Shown: piece after piece, positions 1 to 13,100 of the stretch
How positions within the stretch are numbered: the first letter of the stretch is position 1
Layout: each line of letters starts with the position of its first letter
Assembly (NCBI GenBank): GCA_002269645.1
Contig: NIVC01001018.1
Span: 198,648-262,647 of the forward strand
Length of the DNA: 64,000 bases
DNA from: Macrostomum lignano
Lineage: Eukaryota
Reading direction: 5' to 3'
Translations under genes and position numbers: made by a program
Notes under the pieces: generated by a model
Seen by the model: the letters and a program-made list of their open reading frames with translations, nothing else
Database searches by the model: none
Told to the model about the DNA's origin: nothing

Positions 1-59
1 GTCTGTTGTATGCAAGTGTACGTGTATAAAGTGCCGGATCCAGATGGGATGAGAACACC

Positions 60-320
60 TCCTTGTTCCACTGATCTTTTGATGGCGCCGCCCCCTTCCT
101 GATCCTCTTTGATGGCGCCGCCCCCTTCCTGATCCTCTTTGATGGCGCCTCGCCCTTCCTGATCCTCTTTGATGGCGCCTCGCCCTTCCTGATCCTCTTT
201 GATGGCGCCTCGCCCTTCCTGATCCTCTTTGATGGCGCCGCCCCCTTCCTTATCCTCTTGAACGGTGCCGCGCCACCCACTTCCTGATCCTCTTTAACAG
301 CGCCGCGCCCTTCCTGAGCC
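60..320. repeat. 30-bp minisatellite
   Basis: About 8 units of gatcctctttgatggcgccgcccccttcct and variants; ends approximate. Confidence 0.9.
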
Positions 321-864
321 TCTGATTCCCTGGTCCCTCGAAGGGCCAAAGCTTCTAATAGTCTACAGAGATTACCTGCTCGTTCGATCCACACCTGCTT
401 ATTTTATAGCAGATGTTGCCGTCTTACTGTTTTACATGACTCGACCAAAAATATTACTTGCAGTAGTCAAACAAAAATCCTAAACATCACGCCATCCACA
501 TAATAATAGCTACATTCTGAGTTGCTTTTCTGTTATTTGCCCTCTGTTATTGCTGCTTTTATTACTCACCGATCGTTTGTTATGCATGAATTATTTTAGT
601 AGTAGGTATATTAATATTGATTTTATAGAGTGGTGATAGCTGCAAGGCTTGAGACTGTGATGGTCTGCTTAATCTCTCTTTACTGTGGTAAATGCAATAA
701 ACTATTGTTTTGCAACACCGAACACATCTAATAAATGTGCCACACGGTTGCCATACCATACTCGACGCCGTCTTCTCAAAATTAACTAGTAAAGGCAAAA
801 AATTAAATTGACAAAGAACGGGTATTTGAAACCTTTGTGCTTTAAGAATGCATAATTAATAATT

Positions 865-1059
865 GATGTGCAACCGACAGCTCAGCCGTAGCTTTTTTTG
901 CGCAGCGCATCTGAAGGCTGCGTACGGCTGTTCAGTCCAAGGACGCCAATGCAGAGTTAAGTGTTTTGCTCAAAGGACCCGAATTGCTTCGACTGGTTAG
1001 GGAATCGAACCCCCGACCTTTAGTCGCGAGTCCGACGCTCTAACCTCTGGGCTACAACC
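865..1059 (-). mobile_element. tRNA-derived SINE
   Basis: Minus strand reads ggttgtagcccagaggttagagcg (A-box-like) ... ggttcgattcc (B box), then gtcctttgagcaaaacacttaactc, resembling conserved SINE central domains. Anticodon and acceptor stems do not pair. 3' end approximate. Confidence 0.65.
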
Positions 1060-1805
1060 TTTTTGTGTTTACGTAGTTCATCTGAGAAATTAGACAATCC
1101 ACTACACTAAAAATAGGTTTTTCTATGTACCTGTGCCGGTATGTATGAAGGCCTGACATCTATACAGATTGACCAAGGATCAGCTTCATGTATTGAATTC
1201 GATTTTGTGAATTCCGGTTCGGAATTGTAGTGAACACGTGCCGAGTCTTATACTGCTGCTGACGTCGGTGCGCCCTGGGATGCTGACTTTCAAATACTCG
1301 GTCGGTTTTGTGGTGCTCCAAGGTTTGCTGGCAGGGTGTTTGCAATGGGAGCACAGATATTACAGCCAGAGAATTAGCAACACGGCCTGATTTTATTTAA
1401 AATTGATCTCAGATCTGGCATCTGATCTTATTATCAGTGGCTTTCGGGTCGACCTGATATTAACTGCGAGTTCATCCCGTTTACTATCCGGTACAACGTC
1501 TAAAATGAAATGACTAGCGAGCAATTATTTTTTTCGGGTTTACCATGGCGACCCCATCCGGATATAGGAAAACTTCTGTTAGCAATCGGCATAGAGACGT
1601 AGTGGCAGTGGCCTGAAAAAACTAAGTCAGTAAAGTCAAGGATCCTTCAATTCCCAGGTAGCTTTTTTTCATCCAGACCAACGATTTATTAAAGCGAGTT
1701 AATCATCAGCTTCGCAATCTGGTTTTCTAATTCAACACGATCGCCTCAGACCATGCGGACTAACAATAGACCAGTTAAGTTCGCCAGTAAGTCCATAGCT
1801 GCACT

Positions 1806-3697
1806 TCAATCGTCCTCAGCCGCATCGCCGCCAGCCAGGTTGCCCTGCAGTTTGGCCAAGAAAGTGGCCTTCTTTTGCTGCACCCGGTTGCGCTTCTGCT
1901 CCCGGGACATCTTCTTCCGGCCGTAGCGCTTCGGCTTGGCGCCATCGGCTGCTGGCGCTTTCTTTTTCGGCGCCTCCGGCTCCGGCTTGGCGCGGATAGC
2001 GGCGTGCGCCTTGGTGTACATCTGTTCGATGCTGTTCTCATCGACGCCCTTCTTCAGATAGTCGGAGAACTGGCGCTGATAGGCCTCCTCGTCGTCGGAC
2101 TTCAACGAGCGCATGTACTCGGCCACGTGCAGGCCGAGGATCTTCTTGCGGTGCTCCTCGGCGCTGTGGATCAAATTTAGTTTTATGTATTGTTTGTTGC
2201 TAATAATAATAATAGATTAGGCCCATTTTTCCACATTGTACGAGCCAAAAAATGAGTCGTACATCAAAGATGAGTCGTACATCAAAGATGAGTCGTACAT
2301 CAAAGATGAGTCGTACATCAAAGATGAGTCGCACATCAAAGATGAGTCGTATATCAAAGATGAGTCGTACATCAAAGATGAGTCGCACATCAAAGAATGA
2401 TGAGTCGTATATCAAAGATGAGTCACACATCAAAGATGAGTCGTACATCAAAGATGAGTCGTACATCAAAGATGAGTCGTACATCAAAGATGAGTTGTAC
2501 ATCAAAGATGAATTGCACATCAAGGATGAGTTGTACATCAAATAAGAGTCGTACATCAAAGATGAGTCGTACATCAAAGATGAGTTGTACATCAAAGATG
2601 AATTGCACATCAAAGATGAGTCGTACATCAAATAAGAGTCGTACATCAAAGATGAGCCGCACATCAAAGATGAGTTGTACATTATCAGTCGTTGGATTTG
2701 ATGATTTATTCGATAGCGGTAAACAACTCTATGTACTCTATACGCTACAAGAATGCGCCCAGTTTTTGCTTAGCCTATATATAGCCTTCATATTACTTAA
2801 TGCAAGGATATTACGCTTTTGTAAGATCCTATCACATGTACAAACAGCTCCAATTACATGCAGGTGGAGTAAGTGTTGGTGCTTTTCTGCGTTGAGGTAA
2901 AACAAAGTGTATGAAAGTGCGCACATGAGGATTTTTGTATGTGGCTGGCTACCGGGGGCCGGGGTATCCCGGTGAAGGACCTGAGTTCGATTTCGCGAAC
3001 GGCCACATTAATTTGCCCACAAGTCACAGTGTGAAAAAGTATGGCCGCGCGAACAAGCATTTACTATGGATGGTAAAAAAGGAAAAATTACTAGTATGCA
3101 ATAGAATCTACTCAAAACTGCTCACCTGTACTGCTTAGTCGCGGCGCTATAGCCGGGGAAGCGCTTATTCGAGTGCGGGATGTCCAACCCACCGTCGACG
3201 GCGCCCTTGAGCGCGCCGAACACGCGCGCCCCGGTGGTGGTGCGCACCAGGCCGACGTCCAAGTAGCAGCGGAACGCGCCAGGCTGACCATCCGGGCTTT
3301 CAACGATGAACTCTTCGCCGTCGGCTTTCTCTTTGCCAACGTAGATTGAGTCCAGCTTGAGCTTCTTGATCATTCGCCTGGCCAGCAGCAGGCCGGTGGC
3401 GTAGGCCGAGGCGTAGTTCTTCAGGCCGACCTTCACGCCGTAGCGGGGCAGCTCGTGCGCGTAGGCCGAGCAGATCACGTGATCACCTTCGATTCTAGCA
3501 TAGACAATCTGGCAGATGATGTCCTTGTTAGTGAATCGGACAACCATTCGGTACTTGGGCGTGTTGTACTTGTTCTTATCCTGCCAGATCAGCCTCTTCC
3601 TGGCGTAATAGTCGGTTTTACCCTGGCGACGCCTCTTAAACTTGACCTGATACCGCTTGAAATAAGCGGTGGTCTTGGTGATCTTGATGTAGCCCAT
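1806..3697 (-). CDS. RPL5: 60S ribosomal protein L5 (uL18); exons 3697-3126 and 2163-1806, 309 aa
   Basis: [36 protein letters not shown] ... [16 protein letters not shown]; the TAC AG|gtgag ... ccacag|C GCC join restores [12 protein letters not shown]; AATAAA at 1690-1685. Confidence 0.97.
2252..2680. repeat. 18-bp minisatellite in RPL5 intron
   Basis: About 23 units of gatgagtcgtacatcaaa. Confidence 0.92.
2817..3006 (-). ncRNA. candidate intronic H/ACA-like snoRNA
   Basis: Hairpin GTGGC...GCCAC (3006-2941), H-box-like ATACAA (2940-2935), second stem ATCCT...AGGAT, ACA at 2822-2820; second hairpin is atypically long. Confidence 0.3.
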
Positions 3698-4211
3698 GGC
3701 CCTGAAAGTTTTTGTTTAAATACGAATTCTTGCAGCAGATTGTATCGATTGTTTTCAATAACTTGTGGAAATTATCAATAGTAGAAATGGCTGAGTGATT
3801 CCAATAGTTACTCTAATGCTGTGCATATTTTATTATCTGCCATGTAAAGGATGCCCAGTTTATTTTTTTATTTTTACTTTTTTGGAATCTGTCTGAACAC
3901 ATACATATACCTATATATGCATTGAACTTTTTTTTAAAACTAATTAAGTTGGATTCTTTTAATTGTTAATGTAGCTAATGTCTAATCTACAGTATTGATA
4001 AAAGTTTATCTTTAAACAATTTAAAATGATGAATTATTATTTAGACAATTTAGATTTATACCTAGACTTAAAAGTTCAGATTATTAGTAAAAATGCAATT
4101 GAGAATTTTCATAGACAATAAGATGATAATATAAAACATATATTTTTCAAATGTTCAATAGCTAAGCATTGCATCGAAAATTTTTTAATATTTTTCATTA
4201 ATTTAATTATT

Positions 4212-5450
4212 GGACGGTTGGCAACCTCAAGCCCGCAGGCCACATCTGGCCTGCAAAGACTTTCTATGTGGCCCACAAACTTCCTCTATCTTCATTACTA
4301 TAATCTGGCCCACACCTTTGTAATGTAGTAGGGCATTATTTTAGGAACGGGAATTAGTAGCGAAGCAGAAATGCTTTTGCCTACTGTCAGTAGTTTAGGT
4401 TTGGGAAAGTAATTAGAGCAGGGGAAAATCGCTAGTTTTTGGGATTCTCTAGAAGTATAGAACAGTTTGGGGCTTGGGAAAGCAGATTTTTCGCTGGCTG
4501 GCGGGCGATCTCAGAAATTAGGAAGGTAAGAGGCAGGGAGTATTGGGAAAATTTTAAGTAAAACTGTCGAGGTAGTTGATGACAAAACAGTACACCTACA
4601 GGTAGTCAATGCCTGACATTTTGCACCAACCATTGCATGCCATTTTCATTTTGTTTTTTTTGAAGTATAAAACTTTTGTTAATTAATTCGGTTTTTCTGA
4701 GTCAATCCTTTGTCTCTACAATAATAGGACTAGGGAAACAGGAAGCCTGGTGGCAGCGAATCTACCAATCTCAACCAGTAAAATCCACTAATAAGAAATC
4801 CTTAGCAAATAAGAAAACCAGTAGCCGAAACCGCAGGTGCACGACTTGTCCAGTAATAACTTCATTGTTTGGCCCATTAAAGTTTTGTGCACTGAAAATG
4901 GGGAATTTCTTTCCTCAATTGTCAATTTTATAAATGACAAATTAGTAATGAGACAAACTGAGTGTGAGTGGCTGTTTACAAAGTCTAGACAGACAGCACA
5001 TCAGTTCAAACTTACAAATAAAATAGAAATAGGGGAACTGGTGGAAAAGGAAAGTGAGGTGGTGGTGGGCCAACATGGGGGTACAAATGTAGTACATTGA
5101 TAGGGCTGACTGTGCAGCAGATTGAGCAGAATCAGACTTTCTAATAATGCATCAAATATGATAAACTTGTGTTTTAATTCTGTTTCTTCAGTATCATATA
5201 TTTTAGCCTATCAGTGGCACAATTAGAAATTTGTTGAGGGGGGGCAGATTTTGGAGGGTAGACCCAAGGGGTAGATTCTAGAGGGTAGACCCAAGGGGTA
5301 GATTCTGGAGAGTAGACCCAGGGGGGGCAAATTCTGGAGAGTAAAGACCCAGGGGGGGGGGGGCAGAATAATGGGAGGTGACCTGTGGCCTGTGATCTTG
5401 AACTAAAAACCTTATCTAGCTCTCAGGTAGAAAAAGGTTGCCAACCCCTG
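4212..5450. mobile_element. hAT-like non-autonomous element (degraded)
   Basis: ggttggcaacct (4216-4227) inverted at 5435-5446; right end ...ccaacccctg; left subterminal gcccgcaggccacatctggcc typical of hAT MITEs. No TSD recovered. Confidence 0.5.
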
Positions 5451-6534
5451 ATCTACATGCTTGTGTTTGTTAAGGGTGACATTTGCAATCATCTTTCAGA
5501 TGGCCTCCTACAATAGCTTTCTACAAAAGATACTAGATGCTATGACTATAGCTAAGGCCCCAAAAGACAATGACTCTAGTGAGTTTTTGCTTTCCTATTA
5601 TACATAGGACTATGAAAAAGGATAAAACATAGAAAAGGTCAAAGAGGTCTAAGAAGTTGCAAACAAAGATCACAATCACAAGGGAATAGATTCCATAATG
5701 CAAATGCTAATAGTACTCATAATGCTAAGCAAAGTTTAGCAAAAATTACCAAGCTTATATACTACCCATAGTTTAGAAAGCAACCTGCATACAGGCACCA
5801 AGATTTCCTGGCATACAACAAGGGCATACAACCTGGCATACAACTTCTATTTTAGTATACAATTAGCATACATCCCAATGCATATGACAAAATAGAAAAT
5901 TTTTAGCTTACATCTATGGCATACCTATGTATATGTTAGGATCAAATGGTGACTTTATATAAAATATGCTACATGTAACATTGTCAACATGGAGCAAGGA
6001 ATAATAAAAAACAATTTAAAACTTTGTGCCCTAAAAACATATTTTTCTCAATTCTTAACAAAAATAAAGTATTTAAATTACATCTTTTGTAATTGTTTTT
6101 TCTCTATGCACATTGTAAAAAGCATATAACTTTGGCATATATAGGCCTAGTTGAAAACATTTTTGTCCCAATGTATAAATGTAGTCTTATACATTTTTTT
6201 CTATTAAAACTGACATATACTAATATACAATCCAAACTATGGTATACTACTAGGCTGGACATCTAAAATGCATTTTGTTTTTTATTTATACTAATAGCAG
6301 AGTAATAAATATGGTTTCATTTGTTAGCTATGAATTTTAGGCTTTAGCCAAAATGCCTTTGATAAATGCTTTCTATTAGCATTAGAAGACTATCTTAATA
6401 AATTATATAAATACAATCTTTAAAGATTATATAATATGCAACCTATATATTTGGAATAAAAGGATAACAATAATGATAAATACCTTTAGTTCTAATAAAG
6501 AGTTATTTGATAAACGGATAGTGATAGATTCAGT

Positions 6535-8835
6535 GGTTCCTAGACACTTTGTCATCTTACCACTTTGTCATCCATTCTTATTGTTGGACACTTTGTCATC
6601 TACTCCCTGGACACTTTGTCATCCACTTTTTGTATGAAAAACTTTGCTATATTAACATGTATTCTCATACATGCAACTATATAGCTATATAACTATATAA
6701 AGATAAAGATTAAACATTATACATGTATATGTATCTACATATAGTCGCCCTCCTCCTTTCATATTCAGGGCTTGGGACCAGACAATGGTGGAGTCACAAC
6801 CCACAAAGATAGTCATTAAATACTGTAATTTATAGCTACATATAGGCACAAAGATCAAAAAGTTCACAAAGCACAAAGAGAATAGCATAAAGACCTATAC
6901 ATTTAAATTATTGCAGAATTAATTCAATCTTTTCCTTCTATATCTAATATTTGTTTGTTTGTTTGTTTGTATGTCGATAACGGCTAGCAGCTTTCCCTAT
7001 TGGAATAAGTTGACAAAATGTGGACAACCATCTGTTGCATTTTTGGATTCTTTTGGTGTCGCATCAGGCAACATTGGTGTCAAGTAATATGTCGCGTCGA
7101 GCGACACTGTGGAAACCTGGTGTCGTTATGCGTTGCATTGCACAATGCGACAGTGTGGCAACTTGGTGGCTGGCGTTGTCACGTATTGCGTTGCAGCCTG
7201 GATCTATAGCCAAAACTAGTTGCAAACTGTGTTTCATTGTAATATGTTCATGGTTGTTTCTTGGTATTTAAATGTTTTAAACATGTTTGATAATAACTAG
7301 TTCTTGAATTGTTCTTTTTTATTTTGACGGTATAATAACTAATACTTCAAATATAATTTTTAGAAATGTTACCTGTTAGTTACAATGTGTGCGCTGTTTT
7401 TCTAAGTGTTGTACCTTTGTTGTTTTACTGTTTATTGTTTTTTAATTTCATTTATTTTTCTGCAAAATTGAAAAGAATACTCTCATCCCTTGCCCCATGG
7501 TCTTGGTGTCAGGAGTAAATGGCAGAACGGGAATTGTCAATTGCAATGTGGCTGCTGTGGCATCCTCCCCCCCCCAGTCATTTGGTCAACAGACATCAGT
7601 GTTGTGTCACTCGTCGCCGCCCCCTAGTCAACAAAATTTGGTGTTGCGTCGTGCTTTTGAAGGCACAATTTTGGCACCTGTGTTGCATGTCCACAGGTTT
7701 TTAAAACTTATTCCAATAGGGGTGGCTTTACCTGTGGCTGGATGGCTGGCGGCTCTACCTGCGGCTGAATGGCTGGCGGCTCTACCTGCTTCTGGACGGC
7801 TGGCAGCTGTACAGCTGGCGGCTCACCTTGACAGCATGTGCAACTCCATGGAAAGTTCCCTTGGCTAGACAGCTCTTGATATTTTTCTTTAGAAATTCCT
7901 ATGCCACAACACAGACAATGGTGCTGCCATTGCTGACAAATGTCACATTGAAGCACTTGATATTTTTTGCTAACTGGCTCTTGGCAAAAATGCAGATATC
8001 TGCCATTTCACTTATAAACTAGCTGTTTCTTACATGTATTTGCTTTTTATATGTGATTTCATGCACCATTTTATAATAGAATTCTGGATAGGAGTAGGCT
8101 GGCCACTTCAGTCTTGAGAGGTTAAAGTGAGCATCTTTATACCTGTACCTTTCTTGGATCCACCACTGTGGTTAGTTGGTTGGAGAATTGGCACATTGCA
8201 CTTATAGACATAAATGCATGTATGGCTTAGTACATTTAGGGGGTGAAAACACTCTAGCTTAGACTGTATGCATATAAAGGGTTGGTTAAGTCCCTGCAGG
8301 TAGAGCAAGGAGAAATCCATTATGTAACATCACTTTAGCTCAGATTGTATGGGGTTGTGATTCAAGGGTTGGTTAATTTCCTGCAGGTGGAGCAAGGAAA
8401 AATCCATGGCCACATACTTTGTTGCCTCCCCTGGGTTATAGAAGTGATAATGCCAATTTTAGGTTTTAGCAAGGAAGCAAAAATAATTATTAGAGCTTGG
8501 CAAGTTTGAACATAGAATAAAATTACAATGAGCACTAGGCCCTAGTTTAGTATCTACATGTACATTGTACATACTTGTACATTAAAATGTGCGTATGCAA
8601 ACTACATATACATTGTGTACATTGAATGCCAATTATAGTGACAAGTTGAATCTCTAAGTGTGTATTTAATCTTATATTTTACAGACTAAATTAATTGAGT
8701 AACAATTTATAATAATAACAATCGAATAATAATTTACAGCCTTGGGATGATCTTGGGATGATGAAATGTCCTCAAAATTTGGTCATTTTGTCATTGAGAT
8801 GACAAAGTGATTAGATGATGAAGTGTCCAGGAGCC
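6535..8835. mobile_element. TIR DNA transposon relic (Mutator-like by inference) with 8-bp TSD
   Basis: 38-bp imperfect TIRs (32/38 matches, starting ggttcctagacac / ggctcctggacac), flanked by gattcagt at 6527-6534 and 8836-8843; subterminal cactttgtcatc repeats. Confidence 0.8.
7708..7956 (-). pseudogene. PHD-finger-like fragment inside the 6535-8835 element
   Basis: MLQCDICQQWQHHCLCCGI...WSCTCC resembles the C-terminal half of a PHD finger (CxxC..W.H..C...W.CxxC). Confidence 0.55.
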
Positions 8836-10113
8836 GATTCAGTTTTCAATAGATGTAGGGAATAAATTGGCACAAATATGAAAAAAGATTAAAGTTTTAT
8901 TATGGGTAGGCCTATTTAGTTTCAAATCTATTATTATTGCATCAATATTTATAAATATGATTGATTAGGCCTAAACATGATAATTAAATACAACCATAGT
9001 TATTAGTATTATTAATTTGCTAATTCATGGTTCAAAGAAATTGAAATTGATAGGCCTATAATAGAGATTCAATGTTTTGGCCATCTTGGTCTTAAGTTAC
9101 ACCCTTTCAAGTTTCAACCCACAAACTTTTTAACTTCAACTAGCCTTAGGAAATATGCCATAATAAAAATCTTAGTATTTCTGTTGAATTTGAAAATTCA
9201 AATTCAAACTTAAAATTCAAACTTCAAACTTAAATTCTAATTCAAGTTTAAAATGCAAACCTGCAACACTGGTGCAACACCTGGTCTTGGACCTGGTTCT
9301 GTCATCAACACCTAAACCTGGCCATTGAAAGAAGCAGCAGCAGCCACCCAATGCGAAACCTAATGCAATGGAGTGCTAACTTGCTCTTTCTCTAAAACAT
9401 CTTGCACTTTGTTCAAGAAGCGATAAATGAGAATGATCAGGCGCAGAGGCCACAACTTGGCTCTTTCGGTCCATGAATCTTGAGCAACGTGATGACTGAT
9501 GAGCAAGAGAAAGAAGCAGGTAGCAAGTCCAAGTACGAAGAATACTTGAACGCCATCTTTGGGCAGTCTGTGACAGTTCGCAAAGACCTGGAGTGCCGAG
9601 ACCAAAGCCAAGGCAAGGCCAAGGGGACTTATTTAGGCCCTAATGTAAAATTTGGCAATAGTGCACAAATATAACCTATACCAAATCTCAATTTACTTAT
9701 CACATACCCTTTGTTCTAAAGTTTGGCATAGGCCGCATAGCATACGTTACATCAGATGTCATTCAGCGACTTGAAAAGATGAAAAATTGTGTTAAGAAGC
9801 ATAATTTAAAATTAAATAACACACGAAATTGAACATTATATGTGCAATGAGTATAACAATGCAAATACCATAGGGCTTTTAAAAAGATGCTCTAAGGTCA
9901 AAATAAGACAGAAGGAAATAATTTAAGAAGTTGTTTACATTTACTTTCTGAACTAAAATATTTTGAGGGTTTTGCTTAAAGATTGAACTCTACCGGGTGC
10001 ATTGACTTACTTTGACTTAGCTGCAGGGTGGTCCGTAGACACAGCGGGGAGGCGAGGGTCGCCCATTCCGCTAGCCCCTGAAGGCCCGCAGACAGGCAGA
10101 GGCGTGGGGCCGG

Positions 10114-13100
10114 TCAGGGTGGTCCGCCGGTCCGTCCTGCAGCGTGATCTTCCGTTGGGAAGAAACTGGCTCGTCTAGTCGCCCGAAGGAACTGGATGAG
10201 CCGTGGGATGCTGTCGGGCTGGCAGACCTCGTCAATGGACGGGTTCGGCCCGAGGTAGCGTAGCCGGTCTCTGTTAAAGAAAGGGCAGTGACAGACAAAG
10301 TGCTGAGCATCTTCATTGTCGCACTCGCAAAAGGGGCAAATTTCGCTCTCGAGGTCGCCTCGGAGGAAGCAGTGCCTGGCGAGGTAGCCATGGCCGGTAA
10401 GGGTCATGACAAGGGCTCGAATATCCTTCCGATTCTGGTTCAGAAGGATGTTTCTGAGCCTGTGAGACGGGCAAGGAACCGCGGCACGAGATTGCCGGCA
10501 GTTTTGGGTGCCCGCCCATCTGTCCCTGTGGAGGGAGTCAGCCCAGTCGTCGATCTGACGATTGATGACTGTCAAGGGCATAGGGACCAGGGGGGCAGGG
10601 CCGAAGAAAGAGCCAGAGCCGCCCCTATTGGCGAGGGTGTCTGCCAGCTCGTTCCCCGGAAACCCTGCGTGCCCTGGGATCCACTTCAGCCTGACAGTAT
10701 TGCTTCTGGCCAGGAGGTTGAGCTGCCGGGCGCAGTCGGCGACTGTCCGGGAGATCGTTGTGGTGTGGCAAAGGGCCTGTAAGGCCGCTTGGCTGTCAGA
10801 GTGGATGACAATAGTCTTTCCTCTCGTAACCTTGGCGTTCAGCTCTGCAGCGCAAGAGCTGATGGCAAGGACTTCGTTCTGGAAGACTGTGGAGAGTCTA
10901 CCAGTGTGCTGGGCATGCGTGGCAATTACGCGGCCGTTGATGATGATGCAGACCCCAAAGCCGGCGCGACCGTCTTTGATGGATCCGTCCGTGTAGCAAT
11001 GGACCTCCTGGAAATTCCAGTGGTCATTGGCAGCATCCCTAGAGGGGATGGTGACCTTGTAGCGCTGAAAGAGGTTGAGAGTGCGGGGTTCGCCGTCAGA
11101 TAGGACGTGGAGCCCGCCGCTGTCTCTCAAGTCCTTGAGGCAGAGGTCAGCGTGGGGCAGAAGCTTGCGCTTAGCCATGGCCCTATGGGGCTGGATTCGA
11201 ATGCCAGCGTCAGCTAGACGGCGGGCAGTCTTAGCCGCTTCCCTGCGGACAAAGATGTCCAGCGGAGGAATGTTGAGGAAGGCGTTGAGGCCATCGAAGG
11301 GAGCAGACGGAGGGGCGCTCATGATCGTGCGACAAGCGCGCCCTTGCGCTCTCCTGAGAGCCTCTAGACAGGTCTTTATCTGCAGGGCGCTAGCCCAGAT
11401 CAGGCCGCCATACGAGATAGCGGGCCTAACCATTGCAGTGTAGATCCACCAGAGGCGCTTGGGGGTGAGCCCCCAGGTGGTGCCGACAGCCCTGCGCAAT
11501 TGCGCGAGGACTGCGAAGGCCTTTTTGGCTTTTGTTTGAACGTGGGGTGACCAGTTCAGCCTGTGGTCCAGGGTAATACCCAGACATTTAGTCTGCTTGC
11601 AGAAGGGGATTTCCCTTCCGTAAAGCGTGAGCGGCCGAATCTGCCACTTGGTCCTGCTGGTGAACATGATCGCTGCGGTCTTAGTCTCAGAGAGCCTTAA
11701 ACCACAGCGGTCCGCCCATTGCTCAGCAGCGTAGATGAAGTTCTGAAGAAGGTCCCTGAGGGTATCAGGGGACGGACCAGATGCCACCGCGGTGACATCG
11801 TCCGCATATCCAACTTTCAGAATGGGGTCAGGCCGAACAACCCGGAGGAGCTCATCGATGACCATATTCCAGAGAACTGGAGACAGCACCCCACCTTGCG
11901 GGCTACCTTTGCAGACGGGGACCGTCCTCTGGTAGCCCAGCAGACTGGCGGTGGCCGTGCGATGGCTGATCATGTACATGATCCATCTGGTGAGATGTGA
12001 GTGCGTTAGCCTCTCACAAAGAGCTCTTCGGAACGCCTCAAAGAGGACGTTATCGAAGGCGCCAATGATATCCAGGAAGATCCCCAGAGCAAAGCCATTA
12101 CCAAGCACGGCCTTCTCGAGTTTATCGACCAGGACGTGCAGCGCGCTTTCAGTGGAGCGACCCGCCCGAAAAGCGTGCTGGTTCTCGCTGAGAGGTTTGT
12201 TCTTCAGCTCAACAGAGAGAAGGCGCCAAAGCACCAGTCTCTCCATCAGCTTGACCAGGGAGGAGGTCAAGCTGATCGGTCTGAAGGATTTGATAGAATG
12301 GTAGTCCGAGCGGCCTGGCTTAGGGATAAAGATCACCTTTGCCTCGGTCCAAGCCTGTGGGACATAACCAAGCGTGATGCATGCCCGAAGAAGGCTGCAA
12401 AGTTTGCGCAGGAAGCCTGGGCATTTAACCGCCTCTCTTAGAAGGGCCGGTACAATGCCGTCGGGTCCTGGGGCTTTGAAAGGCTTGAAGGAATTTGCCG
12501 CTCTCACAATGCGGTCCTCCGTGATGATAGAGGCAGCCAGCGCGTGACCTCCCTCCGAGTGATCCGGAGTGGTCTGGTTAGCTGGCTCGTTGGGGAAAAA
12601 CGCAGTGAGCATTACATCAAGCGTTTCCCCTGGGTTGTCCGTGGACGTACCGTCGGTGCGTTTGACCGAGGAGAGCTTAGACATTTTGTCCAGCGTGAGC
12701 GCTTTCACAACTCTGGAGGTGGGGCGTGAGCCCTCTAGCTCCTCACAGTATTGTCGCCATTTTTGAGCCTTTGCATTCCTAACCTTCCTTTTAAACTCAT
12801 GAATTGCTTCATGATAGGCGGTTTGGTCTGCAGGGCTCTTAGTTTTAGTTGCTCTGCGGTGGAGTCTCTTAGCCCTGCGACGGAGGTTGCCGAGCTCGGG
12901 ATTCCACCACGGCGCTGATTTTTTCCCTTTATAGGCTTTTAAAGGGCAGGACGCCTCAAAGGCGGCGGTTAGCGTCTCTGTCAAAACAGTCGCGCACTCA
13001 TCCGCCTCTCGGCACGACGTGATCGTGGATGGTTGGCCAGGAGACCGATGGAATTCCTTCAGGGCGAGCCCGAAGGTTTCCCAATCCGTATTTCTGGCGT

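Noticed and set aside
985-1059. Functional tRNA gene
   Set aside because: A and B boxes are present, but the acceptor and anticodon stems do not pair and a SINE-like body follows.
1130-1380. Additional exon downstream of RPL5
   Set aside because: No frame gives a recognisable protein or consistent splice phases.
2200-2900. Repetitive ORFs (MSRTSK, FDVRLI)
   Set aside because: Translations of the 18-bp intronic array.
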